A stretch of 64,000 bases of DNA from an uncultured Actinomycetota bacterium (GTDB lineage: Bacteria; Actinomycetota; UBA4738; HRBIN12), in assembly GCA_963778505.1 (NCBI GenBank), contig CAVZUH010000004.1:889797-953796 (forward strand), given 5' to 3'. Under the pieces are notes generated by a model that was given only the letters and a program-made list of their open reading frames with translations, was not told the origin of the DNA and searched no databases. Both the position numbers and the translations under genes were made by a program. Each line of letters opens with the position of its first letter. Position 1 is the first letter of the stretch. Below are positions 10,873 through 20,811 of the stretch, piece by piece.

Positions 10873-11927
10873 GACGCGAGCGCGGCCTTCAGCCGCTTGA
10901 TCACGTCGACGGGCGTGGGATCGACACCTTTGCGGATCGCGACGTAGGCGCTGACGAAGTCCCCCAGCGCGATCAACGACATCAGCCGGGCGAGCGCGCT
11001 CCTTCCCGTCGCCCACACCTCGTAGGTGTCTGCGCCCGCATCCGCGGCGATCTCGAGGGAGAGCGGGAATCGGGCGGCGATCTCTGGGTCCTCGGCCTCG
11101 TGCCGGAGGGCGATCACGGTGTGCGACCGACCGAACGGCCGGGTCCATCCCACCACCTCGTTGTGATCCAGCTCGGACATCGAGGCCCACCAAGCGGGCA
11201 CCTTCCCGTTCTCGTTGAACTGGGTCTTCCAGCGGGCCGCGGCGGTGGCCGCGATGCCTTCCGCGCCCCAGAGCACCGGGATCCGATCGCCGATCGCCTC
11301 CGCCAGTCGTTTCGCGGGATCGTCGCCTACGGGCGCGCCGGGGCCAGAAGCCGCGGCCCGCGCATCGACCTCGCCCGCCGCCTCGGTGACATCGTCGGCC
11401 AGCGGAGGGAGGAGCCCGGCTGTCTCCAGCGCGCCGAGCGCGGTGAACGCGAGCCAGCCGAGGGCGGCGCGCGGCTGAAAGCCGCCGGGCACGGACACCA
11501 CCGGCACACCCGCCTCCGCCGCCTCGTCCGCGATCGTTCCGCCCGACGTCACCACGATCGAGCGGCAGCCGCGCTTCGTCGCCTCACGGAAGGCTGCGAG
11601 CGTCTCCGATGTGTTCCCCGAGTAGGACGAGATGAGCACGAGGGAGTGCGGGCCCGCATACTCCGGCAGCTCCGGCGACCGGTTCACCTCGACCGGAACT
11701 CCGAGCCGGTCGCGGAACACCGATCGCAGGACGTCCCCCGCGACCGCGGAGCCGCCCATGCCGCAGCACACCACGCCGCGTACGTCGGCGAGATCGGGAA
11801 GGCCGCTCGCACCTGCTCCGTTCGAATATCCCTGGCGACATTGCGAACCCAGCTCCCCGATGGCCGCCAGCATCCTGCCGGGGTCGTGGTCTCGAACCGC
11901 TTGGCCGTCGTCGAGGTCGACGGTCAT
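10869..11927 (-). CDS. SIS-domain bifunctional phosphoglucose/phosphomannose isomerase family protein
   Basis: Start at Met60 of ORF 10869..12104 (ATGA overlap with the Trm112 stop). Motifs: GMGGSAVAGDVL, SYSGNTSETL, WKTQFNENGKVPA, ELDHNEVVGW. Confidence 0.8.
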   Translation of the reverse strand: MTVDLDDGQAVRDHDPGRMLAAIGELGSQCRQGYSNGAGASGLPDLADVRGVVCCGMGGSAVAGDVLRSVFRDRLGVPVEVNRSPELPEYAGPHSLVLISSYSGNTSETLAAFREATKRGCRSIVVTSGGTIADEAAEAGVPVVSVPGGFQPRAALGWLAFTALGALETAGLLPPLADDVTEAAGEVDARAAASGPGAPVGDDPAKRLAEAIGDRIPVLWGAEGIAATAAARWKTQFNENGKVPAWWASMSELDHNEVVGWTRPFGRSHTVIALRHEAEDPEIAARFPLSLEIAADAGADTYEVWATGRSALARLMSLIALGDFVSAYVAIRKGVDPTPVDVIKRLKAALAS

Positions 11928-12139
11928 CCCTTCGTGCCTCGCTTCTGTCCTGGCTTGGCTCCTGAAGCGCCACCGGGCTTCTCCGCCTCGTCGATCAGCA
12001 TCACAGGGATCCCATCTCGGACCGGATACCGGAAGCCACAGGTGCGGCACACGATCACCTGTTCGTCCTCGTGATAGTCGATGTCCCCTCGGTCGTTGGG
12101 GCATACGAGGATCTCCAGCAGTTCCGCGTCGAGCGTCAC
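11924..12139 (-). CDS. Trm112-family small zinc-ribbon protein
   Basis: 71 aa. LLEILVCPNDRGDIDY...CRTCGFRYPVRDGIPVML is the Trm112/YcaR signature. The GTG start overlaps the manB stop. Confidence 0.75.
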   Translation of the reverse strand: MTLDAELLEILVCPNDRGDIDYHEDEQVIVCRTCGFRYPVRDGIPVMLIDEAEKPGGASGAKPGQKRGTKG

Positions 12140-13515
12140 GTCGCGTCCCTTCCTTCCTCTCCCGTGGCCTCTTCTGTGGCCTCTCCCCTGATCGATGCGA
12201 GGAGCTCCTCGGTCTTGACGGCGAGGAGCTCCGGCGTCCTGGCCTCTACGTTCAACCGTAGCAACGGCTCGGTGTTGGAAGGTCGGACGTTGCACCACCA
12301 ATCGTCGAACTCTATCGTCAGGCCGTCGAGTCGATCCTGACGGCCGTCGCGGAACGCATCGGCGATCGCCTCGATCTTCGCCTGCGGGTCGTCCACACGG
12401 GAATTGATCTCCCCGGACGAGAAATAGCGGCGGTACGGCTCGAGGAGCTGCGAAAGGGTCTGTCTGGATCTCGACAGCTCCCCCAGGGCGATCACCGCAG
12501 CGATCATGCCCGAGTCGGCGCTGTAATTGTCCCGGAAGTAGTAGTGGCCGGAATGTTCGCCGCCGAACACGGCTCCCGTCTCCGCCATCACCTCCTTGAT
12601 GAACGAATGCCCGACCCGCGTTCTGATCGGCACACCACCGTGTTCCCGGATGACCTCCGGGACCGTCCACGAGCAGATGAGGTTGTAGACAACCTTCGCG
12701 CCCGGCTCTCGCTCCAGCATCGAGGCGGCGATGAGGGCGGTCATGAGGGAACCACTCACGTCTTCCGCGCGCTCGTCCACCAGGAACACCCGATCCGCGT
12801 CCCCGTCGAACGCCATGCCCACGTCCGCCCCGTGCTCGAGCACCGCCTTCTTCAAGTCTCGCTGGTTCGCGGGGTCGATCGGGTCCGCCGGATGGTTCGG
12901 GAACGTTCCGTCGAGTTCGGCGTAGAGGTGGTGGAGCGTGACGGGCAGCCGCTCGAAGACCGCCGGCGCGACCAGACCACCCATGCCGTTGGCCGTGTCG
13001 ATCGCGACGGTGAGCGGACGCATCCTCTCGGCGTCGGTGAACGCGAGCACGTGGTCCACGTAAGCATCCAGCACGTTCCGTTGCCGGACAGAACCGTGAC
13101 CATTCCCCAGGATCTCCTCACCCTTCTCGGTCAAGGCTCTGATCTCACCGAGGCCCGAGTCCTCCCCGACGGGCTTCGCACCTCCCAGGCAGAATTTGAG
13201 CCCGTTGTACTCCTTCGGGTTGTGGCTGGCGGTCAGCATCACCCCCGGCCGGTCCAGCGAGCCGGATGCGAAATAGAGGAGATCGGTGGACGCGAGGCCG
13301 AGGTCCACGACGTCGACGTCGCGCGACGTGGCCCCTTCGGTCAGAGCCGCTGCGAGGTCCGGCGACGAGAGCCGGCAATCGCGCCCTACGAGTATCTCCG
13401 GCGCGCCGCTCCACATCGCGAACGCAGCGCCGATCCGCCGAACGACATCGGCGTTCAGTTCGTCGGGGACCACACCGCGAACGTCGTACGCCTTGAAGAT
13501 GCGGGAGAGGTCCAC
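12136..13515 (-). CDS. manB: Phosphomannomutase/phosphoglucomutase
   Basis: 459 aa. Motifs: FKAYDVRG, active-site TASHNPKEYNGLKF, metal site AFDGDADR, GGEHSGHYYF. Confidence 0.92.
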   Translation of the reverse strand: MDLSRIFKAYDVRGVVPDELNADVVRRIGAAFAMWSGAPEILVGRDCRLSSPDLAAALTEGATSRDVDVVDLGLASTDLLYFASGSLDRPGVMLTASHNPKEYNGLKFCLGGAKPVGEDSGLGEIRALTEKGEEILGNGHGSVRQRNVLDAYVDHVLAFTDAERMRPLTVAIDTANGMGGLVAPAVFERLPVTLHHLYAELDGTFPNHPADPIDPANQRDLKKAVLEHGADVGMAFDGDADRVFLVDERAEDVSGSLMTALIAASMLEREPGAKVVYNLICSWTVPEVIREHGGVPIRTRVGHSFIKEVMAETGAVFGGEHSGHYYFRDNYSADSGMIAAVIALGELSRSRQTLSQLLEPYRRYFSSGEINSRVDDPQAKIEAIADAFRDGRQDRLDGLTIEFDDWWCNVRPSNTEPLLRLNVEARTPELLAVKTEELLASIRGEATEEATGEEGRDAT

Positions 13516-13554
13516 CGCAGCCCATCCTACGGACGGGCTGCGGAGGACGACAGG

Positions 13555-13737
13555 CTAGGTCCGGACGACGGTGTCGATGACGTCTGAGAGCACGACCTGC
13601 TCGCCATCGCGATGCCACCACTTCGCCTCGCAGGCGTGGCAGGTAGAGAAGGAGAGGTCGCGGCCGCTGACGTTCATCGAGATGGAGATCACGTCTCCCT
13701 GACGGCACTCTGGGCAGTTGTTCGTCTTGGACATCAT
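13555..13737 (-). CDS. Hypothetical 60-aa zinc-ribbon protein
   Basis: ATG at 13737 preceded by GGAG. Motifs CPEC...(27 aa)...CHAC. No family recognised. Confidence 0.4.
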   Translation of the reverse strand: MMSKTNNCPECRQGDVISISMNVSGRDLSFSTCHACEAKWWHRDGEQVVLSDVIDTVVRT

Positions 13738-13885
13738 CCACGCTCCGGTTCGGGTGATCGACCGTAACAGGGCGACCGACCCTGGCTTCAGACACCCACG
13801 AGTCATTCTTGGCTCCCCCGTCGCTTCCGCCCGCCGGAAGGGTGCGGGACGCCGAAAGTCCTCCGGCCTGGCCCGAAATAGCTAG

Positions 13886-14101
13886 TCAGTCGCGCTCTAC
13901 GGTGGCCGACACGAGGCGGGCGTCGTCGACCAGCCATCCGACGGGCGGGGTCATCGCGGCCAGATGGCGGGAGCAGAGGTCGAGCAGGCGCGGGTCCCGT
14001 TGCGGCAGGAGTCCGCCGATCACGATCAGGCGGTCGGCGTAGCGGAGCGAGATCGTGGCGACGGGCTCCGCCGGGCAACTCATGCGTGCGCAGCGTCGCA
14101 T
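13886..14101 (-). CDS. DUF3499-family protein
   Basis: 71 aa. MRRCARMSCPAEPVATISLRYADR...LLDLCSRHLAAMTPPVGW matches the actinobacterial DUF3499 pattern found beside manB and whiB2. Confidence 0.7.
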   Translation of the reverse strand: MRRCARMSCPAEPVATISLRYADRLIVIGGLLPQRDPRLLDLCSRHLAAMTPPVGWLVDDARLVSATVERD

Positions 14102-14150
14102 GCCCGAAGGCTAGACACGGTTCGGCCGGATGCAAGCACCCCGGCTTGGT

Positions 14151-15287
14151 TCAGGCGACGGTGTCCGATCCGTCCGGGGTGCTCGGGACATCCCATTCCG
14201 ACGCCCACGCGGGTCGGTACCCCACGATGATGACCTTCGTCCCCACTGGCACGAGGTCGTACAACGCCTCGACCTCCTCGTTGTGCATCCGGATGCAGCC
14301 GTGCGAGGCATAGCGCCCGATCGAGTCCGGCGAGGTGGTCCCGTGGATCCTGATCAGGCCGGGTGCCGTGATGTACAGAGCCCGGGTGCCCATCGGATTG
14401 CCCGGCCCACCGGGAACCACCGCCGGCAGGCCAGCCCCCCAGCTGTCCAGCGCCGGGTTGTGCCAGGTGGGGTTCTCCCGCTTCTGGTAGAGCGACCACT
14501 CGCCGGTCGGTGTGATCCACCCTGGCTTCGCCGTCGCGACGTCCCAGCTGTGCGACACCTCGAACCCCTCGTACAGATCGAGGCGGTTCGTGTCCACGTG
14601 CACCACGATGGTGCGCCCCATGGTCCGCACGTTGACCTTCGCCGTCACCGGGTGCACGGAGAACCGGACGATCGAGGAACCGTCGGCGAGCGCCCTCGAG
14701 AGGAGGCGCTCGGCGCGGCCGGCGTCCAACGCCGACCCCGCCTTCGCCTGACGAAAGGCCAGTCCCCCGTCCTCCCCCATTCCGATGGACGCGTTACGGG
14801 GGTGGACGAGAACCTTCCGTGCGGTCCGCCGGACGAACCGCTCGACGTTTCGATCGCCGCGGAGCGTCAGCTCGACGTCGACGTCGAGGGGGTCGTCCCG
14901 GAACCGCCGCCATGCGCGTTCGACCCAACCGACACTCTCCGATGCCTTCATCGCCTCGTCGACAGCTCGGCCTACAGAGGCACGTCGGCCGAGCCGCCTT
15001 GGTGTCGTCGTGAAGCGCTTGCCCTTGACGAAGACGACGATCTCTCGGTCGAGATCCTCGTTGGCTCGAGCCCGCACCGCCGCCATCGCTTGCGCGCGTG
15101 TCATGCCCGACACGTCCACGTCGGAGACCGTGGTCCCGAGGAGGATCCGGCTCGCGTTCGCCTGCTCGTGGCGGAACGCGGCGTAGGCGACCCCACCCAG
15201 GGCGAGCACGAGCAGGCCGGATACGAGTCCGACGATCAGCGGCCATCGTCTGCGGGCCGCGCGCGATTCGTGACGTCCTTTGGCCAT
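14151..15287 (-). CDS. L,D-transpeptidase (YkuD domain) with N-terminal membrane anchor
   Basis: 378 aa. TM segment PLIVGLVSGLLVLALGGVAYA. Catalytic YkuD motif IRIHGTTSPDSIGRYASHGCIRMHNEEV. Confidence 0.9.
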   Translation of the reverse strand: MAKGRHESRAARRRWPLIVGLVSGLLVLALGGVAYAAFRHEQANASRILLGTTVSDVDVSGMTRAQAMAAVRARANEDLDREIVVFVKGKRFTTTPRRLGRRASVGRAVDEAMKASESVGWVERAWRRFRDDPLDVDVELTLRGDRNVERFVRRTARKVLVHPRNASIGMGEDGGLAFRQAKAGSALDAGRAERLLSRALADGSSIVRFSVHPVTAKVNVRTMGRTIVVHVDTNRLDLYEGFEVSHSWDVATAKPGWITPTGEWSLYQKRENPTWHNPALDSWGAGLPAVVPGGPGNPMGTRALYITAPGLIRIHGTTSPDSIGRYASHGCIRMHNEEVEALYDLVPVGTKVIIVGYRPAWASEWDVPSTPDGSDTVA

Positions 15288-15369
15288 GGGGGAGTGCTAT
15301 CCGTCCCGGGCGCGTATCCCGGGAGAGAAATGATACGCCAGGGCGCAACCCCCTCCTCGAACGCGCGTC

Positions 15370-16757
15370 CTACGGCTCGTGCGGGAGCGATACACCCATG
15401 CTCAAAGCGAACGCATCCGCGCTCCCCTTCCCGGGTACGGTGGAAGCCGCGAGGGCAACGAGGGGGCCTCCCTCGGCGCGGATCAACATCGCCGCACCGG
15501 GCGCGGATGCCCAGAACTCCGGTGGCACGGCGGCCGCCGAGTGGGCGGGGACACGGACCGTCACCGGGACGGCCGCCGTGTCCCCCTCCTTAGGCAGGAG
15601 CTCGATGGTCGCCTCGACGTCCACGTCGCCGTCGTTCACCAGCACCGCGCCCGGGACGGCGGAGGCGCTCGAGGTCGCCGGGAGCACGAGCCAGGAGTCC
15701 GAACCTTCGACCGCACCGGCGGTGGCTCCGAGAGTCCTCGCCCGGCCCGAGGGCGCGCAGGGCCCCCACGACCGGAGCGTCCTCGAGCGTGAAGAGACGG
15801 ATCCCGACCGGCCCGGGTTCCACCGGGATCGCATACGCACGCGCGGTGGCCGGGCCGTGCTCTTGCTCCGTGAGCCCGCCGACGGGTCGGGGCTGATCTT
15901 GGGTCAGCCCGGTCGCACCGAACCGGATCGAGCTCCCGGACGTGGACAGGAGGAGGAGCTCGGTCTGTCCCGACCCTTGCATCAGCGGGAAGGTCGCGCC
16001 GGGCGCGGGCTTCGTCCAGCCGAGCGCGCTCCGTACTCTGGTACGGTCGCTCACGCCCAGGGACGCGGCGACCACCCGTCCCACCGAGACCTCGAGCGCG
16101 ACCGCCAGGGCCGGCTCTCCCTCGACCATCCTGTTGAGGTGCAGCGCGGTGCTCCGGCGGGCCGGGATCGACGAGGTCGGTCCACTCCGAGTCCCGGATG
16201 GGGGCTCGATCCGCCGTATAGAGGACCACGTCCAGGACGGCGGGAGCGGCGAACGGGTTGGCCACGACGACGAAAGCCTCCTCGCCGAGCTGCGTGGTCT
16301 CGTCGGCCAGGTACCAGTCGCGCGCCGCGTCCGCCGCGCAGGGTTCGGCGGCCACCCCTCCATCGGTGGAGGAGACCCACCCGGCGCCGATCCAACCGCC
16401 GAAGTACTCGATGTAGGTCGCGGCGCCCCGATCGTGGGGAACCTGGTCGATCCGTACGGTGCTCCCCGCCGGGACCTCGTAGCTCTCCGGAGAGGCGGCC
16501 GCGTCTGTCCCGAGCCCGGTGATCCTCGCCGTGACCGCCACCGATCCCGGGTTCGCCAGATACATCGCCAGCGACACCTCCGGCGCGCCCCCATGGGGGC
16601 ACACCCAGGCCCCGGACGGAGCCGTGCCCGGCGCGACCCCCCCCGCGGAGCGCACCCCCACGCGATCGAGCCATAACAGCGCCGCGACGAAGAACGCCAC
16701 CGATGCCAGAGCGAACAGCGCCTGCCTCCGTGGGGGCTGGATGCGGGAAGCACTCAT
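15370..16757 (-). pseudogene. DUF5719-like secreted protein, two frame breaks (near 16170 and 15735)
   Basis: Three consecutive minus frames (ORFs 15636..16784, 15590..16753, 15370..15840) join into one coding-like protein. Its N-terminal TM segment is ALFALASVAFFVAALLWL. ATGA overlap with the GT2 stop. The family call rests on position downstream of the giant GT2 and is tentative. Confidence 0.55.
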
Positions 16758-19700
16758 CGAGCCACCGGCTTCCTCGTGGCCCACAGCGCCGCGAGCCAGA
16801 GCAGCGCCAGCAACGCGAGTTGGATCCGGGCCGGCAGCCGGCCTTCATGTCGGACCTTCACGGGTTCACCGCCGGCCTGGAAGGTCGTCGCCCAACCGAA
16901 GGCGACGTCGGGTCCGGCGGAAGCTCCCTGGAGCCTCCACTGCGCGTTGTACTCGGTGGACAGGAAGACGGTCCCAGCCAGCCCCGGTCCGTTCCACCCC
17001 CCCGACACGTCTTCGAGCGGGACGGCGGGAACCGGCTGCCACATCGCGATCGTGGAAGGATCGTCGGCGTTCATGATCGCTCGGTCGGCAGGGTCGGTCT
17101 CGAGGATCGCCGCGGGGGGGATGGCCGCCGCGTTCCCATAGATCACGAAGCCGGTGGAGGGGACGAGGTCGACGTCGACCTGCGAATCGAATGCCGCCCG
17201 AGCACCGGCGGGCAGGACACCCCGCTCCGCCACCACGAATCGGATCCCGAACGGAGAGAGGAGTGCGCCTCCGTGCCGGGTGGTACCACCGAGGATCTCC
17301 TCGAGGGCCACCTCGAGGTGCTCCGGACCCGGTCCGGAGAACGGTCGTCCGGCATCGAGCACGCTGGCACCTTCACGGTCGGTCAGCGCGTACCGGATGG
17401 TCGCTTCGCCCGCCTCGAGCCGGCGCTGCGGATCCCCAGCAGGCGGCGGAAGGCCATCGGCACGATCCCCAGTGACCCAAAGGACGCGGAACGCCCCAGC
17501 GGTGGCCCCGCTGACGACCGTCCATGCGGGTGGGATCCGATCCTCCGGCCGACCGACTCCCCACGTCCCCACCATGACCGCGAGCGCCTGCAGGAGCAGA
17601 CCCGCACCGAGGATCAGCACGAGCAGCCCGCTGGCGACCTGCCGGAGTCCGAAGGACTCGCGTCGGAGCGACCCGCTGAACGATGTAAGGCCGAACCCGA
17701 TCAAGCTCGCCATCGAAACCGCCGCCAGCGCCGCATATGCCGGCGGGTTCGCGAGTCCGGGGGGCACGTAGTTCGCGGTCGCGAGCCACGAAAGGATCAG
17801 GCCCGCCCCCCGGCGACCGCCGCTCTCCTGGCCGGGCCTCGCAGTTCGCCGCGAACGAGGCCGAGTCCCAGGACGGCTGCGATCGGCAGGAACGCTGCGA
17901 CGGGCCACGTTCCGGGACCAGGTCCGAGAGACAGACTCGCGAGCCGATCCAGCTGCGTCGTTCCCACGAGAGAGGAGAGCGCGCGACCTCCGTCGGCGAG
18001 CAACGCCGGGACGAACGGGAAGAGCAGAACCGCTGCCCCGACGGCGGAACCCACGGTCAGAGCGAGGCCGCGAGCTCGGACGGGACCGGCGAACACGCGG
18101 ATCGCGACCAGGACGGCGATCGCGAGCAGGATGCCCGGGTACGACGCGACACCGACGGCGAAGGTGACGGCCGTCCCTGCGACGAAACGCGGCCTGCCTC
18201 CCGGCGGCTCCCCTGGGGCGAACGCGGATTCTATCCGCTCCGCCGCCGCGGGCAGCACCGCGAGCGCGATCAAGAGTCCCAGTCGGCCGTCGGAGAAGGC
18301 CCAGAGCGTGAGCGCCCCGAGTCCGTAGGCCGCGGCTGCGAGGACCGCCGGTCCCGGGCGGACGGACAGGCGAACCGCCGCGCGATACATGAGGATCGCT
18401 GCGAGCGGCGGTCCCGCCACGAGGATCGCTTTCTGCGCGAGCAGTGGATCGCCGAGCGCCGCGAGCGATAGTGCCCCGAGGGCTCCCAGGGCAGGACTCG
18501 GCGCGAGCGGCCCCCCGAGCGGGGTCGATCGCACCGCCGAAGCCAGCTCGGCGAACAGGTCCCCCGGACGGTCGGGGAACGCGGGGAGGGCCCCGCCCGC
18601 GAGCGACCCCGCGCCGACCAGCTCGCGCACCGCGACCGCGCCCACGATGAGCGCGAGGAACGATCCGACGATCACCGGGTGAGACCCCACCAGCGAGGCA
18701 GTCCTGTCACGGAGTCGTCGCTGGATCGGCTCGCCTTCGTCGGCCTCGTCGATCGCGCGCTGCTCCTCGAGGATCCGTTCGGCCGTCGCCAACCAACGCG
18801 GCGATCGGAGGCCGGCGGACTCCATGAAGCGACGCAATGCCCGATCTCGTACCCGTCGGGCCTTCTGCACCCGTCGCCGTCGGGCTAGGGTGCCCGGCAG
18901 GTGGGCGAGGTTCCAGGCCCACGCCGCCGCGACGTCGAACGACTCGTCGAAGCGCCGTCCGAGTGCCAGATAGGCGAAGCGCACGGATCCGAGCAGGATG
19001 GCGGCCGGCACGACCCACACGAGGGAGAGCAACCCGTAGTTCTTGAGCATCGCTGCGATGGCCGCGCGATCTTCCTCGTACCGTTGACCACCTCGAGTAG
19101 CTGTTTCGCCCGGCCTCTCCTCTCCCGTTCCGCCGGCGAGGCGCACACGAGCGAGCGGCGTCATCAGGATGCGGTAGCCGGCGATGCGCGTGCGCCAGCA
19201 CAGATCCAGATCCGCATGCGCGCCGTCGAGCCGCTCGTCGAACAGGTCGGTGCGCTCCCAGACGTCGCGCGCGATCAACATCGCGGCCGACGACACGCAC
19301 AAGACCTCGAGCACCCGATCGAACTGCCCCTGGTCGATCTCACCCGGCTGCAGCGGCGAGGAGGGATGGCCGAACCGGTCCGACGACCGGCCGATGTCCC
19401 GGAGCGAACGGGGGTCATCTCGATCGACGATCTTCGCGCCGACGATCCCGACATCCTCGACGCCGATCCCCACCGCGGCCTCGACGAACCGAGCGACCGT
19501 GTCCCTGTCGAGCGATGCACGAGGGTCGACGATGAGGACGAAGTCCGCGCCCTTCGCGACAGGAAGATCGAGCGCCGCGCGGACGGAACGAGCCGAACCG
19601 ATGCCTTGCTCGTTCTTGAGGACCCGGCGCGCACCGAGCGAACCGAGCAGCATCTCTCCGGGACCCGGGTCGGCACCGTCATCCACCGCGAGGACGCCGA

Positions 19701-19842
19701 CCCGCGGATACGACTGATGAGCGAGGGAGAGAAGGCAGTCGCGTAGCCACGGCATCGGGCCGGGGCCGACCACGATCAGCGCGAGCACGCTGGGCGTGGA
19801 CGTGCCGGTCGACGCGACGGCTGCGGTGGCGGGCGAGATCAT
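16754..19842 (-). pseudogene. Large membrane glycosyltransferase (N-terminal GT2 domain plus polytopic C-terminal region), one frame break near 17810
   Basis: ORF 17797..19842 has a GT2 domain (LALIVVGPGP, VLAVDDGADPG, FVLIVDP, LCVSSAAMLI) followed by many TM helices. Coding continues in ORF 16754..17908 (GLILSWLATANYVPPG...). The junction lies at a run of six C around 17810. Confidence 0.75.
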
Positions 19843-19894
19843 GCGTGGGGCGCCTGAGCGCGGCGGGAGCCTAGCACCGGGTGCTCCAGAGAAT

Positions 19895-19922
19895 CGAAGG
19901 GGGGCGTCTCCGCCCCCCTTCG
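19895..19922 (-). terminator. Putative intrinsic terminator after the basic repeat protein gene
   Basis: Perfect 12-bp GC-rich stem CGAAGGGGGGCG / CGCCCCCCTTCG with a 4-nt loop, about 20 nt downstream of the stop at 19942. On the transcribed strand it is followed by AUUCUCU. Confidence 0.5.
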
Positions 19923-19941
19923 TGACGCGACGAGCTCGAGC

Positions 19942-20337
19942 TCAGCGCTTCTTCGCTGCGCTCTTCCTGCGGGCCGGCTTGCGAGCGGCCGTCTTCTTCC
20001 GGCCCGGCTTGCGAGCCGCGGCCTTCTTGCGGGCCGGCTTGCGAGCGGCCGTCTTCTTCCGGCGTGCAGGTTTGCGAGCTGCCGACTTCTTCGCGGTGCT
20101 CTTCCTGCGTGCCGGCTTGCGAGCAGCCGTCTTCTTCCTGCGCGCGGGCTTCCGGGCTGACGACTTCTTCGCGGCGGTCTTCCTCCGAGTCGTCGTCCTC
20201 TTCCTTGATGCGGCGGCCTTCTTCCCGGCCGTCTTCCGCCGAGCCGTGGCCCTCTTCCTGGTCGCAGCGGACTTCTTCGCGGCCGCGGACCGTTTCGCCG
20301 CGGGCCTCTTCCGTGCGGCTGTCTTCCTTGCTGCCAT
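19942..20337 (-). CDS. Histone H1/Hc2/AlgP-like lysine-, arginine- and alanine-rich repeat protein
   Basis: Start at Met33 of ORF 19942..20433 (GGAGGAAAGGGGGA upstream). 131 aa made almost entirely of A/K/R/T/P, with units such as AARKPARRKKT. Confidence 0.7.
   Translation of the reverse strand: MAARKTAARKRPAAKRSAAAKKSAATRKRATARRKTAGKKAAASRKRTTTRRKTAAKKSSARKPARRKKTAARKPARRKSTAKKSAARKPARRKKTAARKPARKKAAARKPGRKKTAARKPARRKSAAKKR
19945..20170. repeat. Imperfect 30-33 bp tandem repeats inside the basic protein gene
   Basis: The core CCGGCTTGCGAGC recurs at 19974, 20004 and 20034 (a variant at about 20066) and again at 20112. It encodes the ARKP(A/G)R(R)KK(T/A)A units. Confidence 0.7.
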
Positions 20338-20378
20338 TCCCGTCCCCCTTTCCTCCGTGGATACGAAGGGTCCTTCGG

Positions 20379-20606
20379 TTACGACGCCATCCGTTTGAGG
20401 CGCCGTCGTTCCCGTTCGCTCATCCCGCCCCACACGCCGTACCGCTCATCGCGGCGAAGCGCGTAGTTCAGGCACTCGATCCGAACAGGGCACTCCGAGC
20501 AGATGCGTTTGGCCTCCCTCGACGATCCCCCCTTCTCGGGGAAGAAGACCTCAGGGTCGTGGTCTCGGCACCTCGCCCGCTCCTGCCATGGGATGTAGTG
20601 ATGCAC
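20379..20606 (-). CDS. whiB: WhiB-family Fe-S transcription factor
   Basis: 75 aa. Four Cys (C13 ... CSECPVRIEC) and the GVWGG turn followed by a basic tail. GTG start preceded by a G-rich RBS. Confidence 0.95.
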   Translation of the reverse strand: MHHYIPWQERARCRDHDPEVFFPEKGGSSREAKRICSECPVRIECLNYALRRDERYGVWGGMSERERRRLKRMAS

Positions 20607-20622
20607 GCCGCTCTCCCCCCCA

Positions 20623-20640
20623 AATCACATACTTGTGATT
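20623..20640 (-). promoter_or_regulatory. Perfect palindrome AATCACA-N4-TGTGATT in the whiB leader (candidate operator or 5'-UTR hairpin)
   Basis: Located 17-34 nt upstream of the whiB start, in a locally AT-rich stretch (by eye). The half-site GTGATTCT recurs at 20681-20688. Confidence 0.3.
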
Positions 20641-20811
20641 CTGAGGGAAGAACCGCCTCCCTGGCAAGAGGGAATTTCAGGTGATTCTCTGCCTCGACCC
20701 TCATCAGATGCAATCGTCCCCAAGCGGACGCGCGAGTGCAACCCTTTCGGGGAAGAAACTCTGTCGTCAGCCGAGATGACCATTACCGTCAGGTCGCCTG
20801 ACGTGTTCGGG

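Noticed and set aside
19945-20170. Regular 30-bp repeats that might at first glance suggest a CRISPR array.
   Set aside because: The units are contiguous with no unique spacers. They lie in an open frame encoding ARKP... peptide repeats, and no cas genes are nearby.
20640-20811. A ~55-codon minus-strand ORF (MVISADDRVSSPKG...) in the whiB leader, and ORFs 20468..20713 and 20635..20991.
   Set aside because: There is no RBS, the composition does not look coding for this genome, and the ORFs overlap the leader and regulatory region. I treat the region as non-coding.
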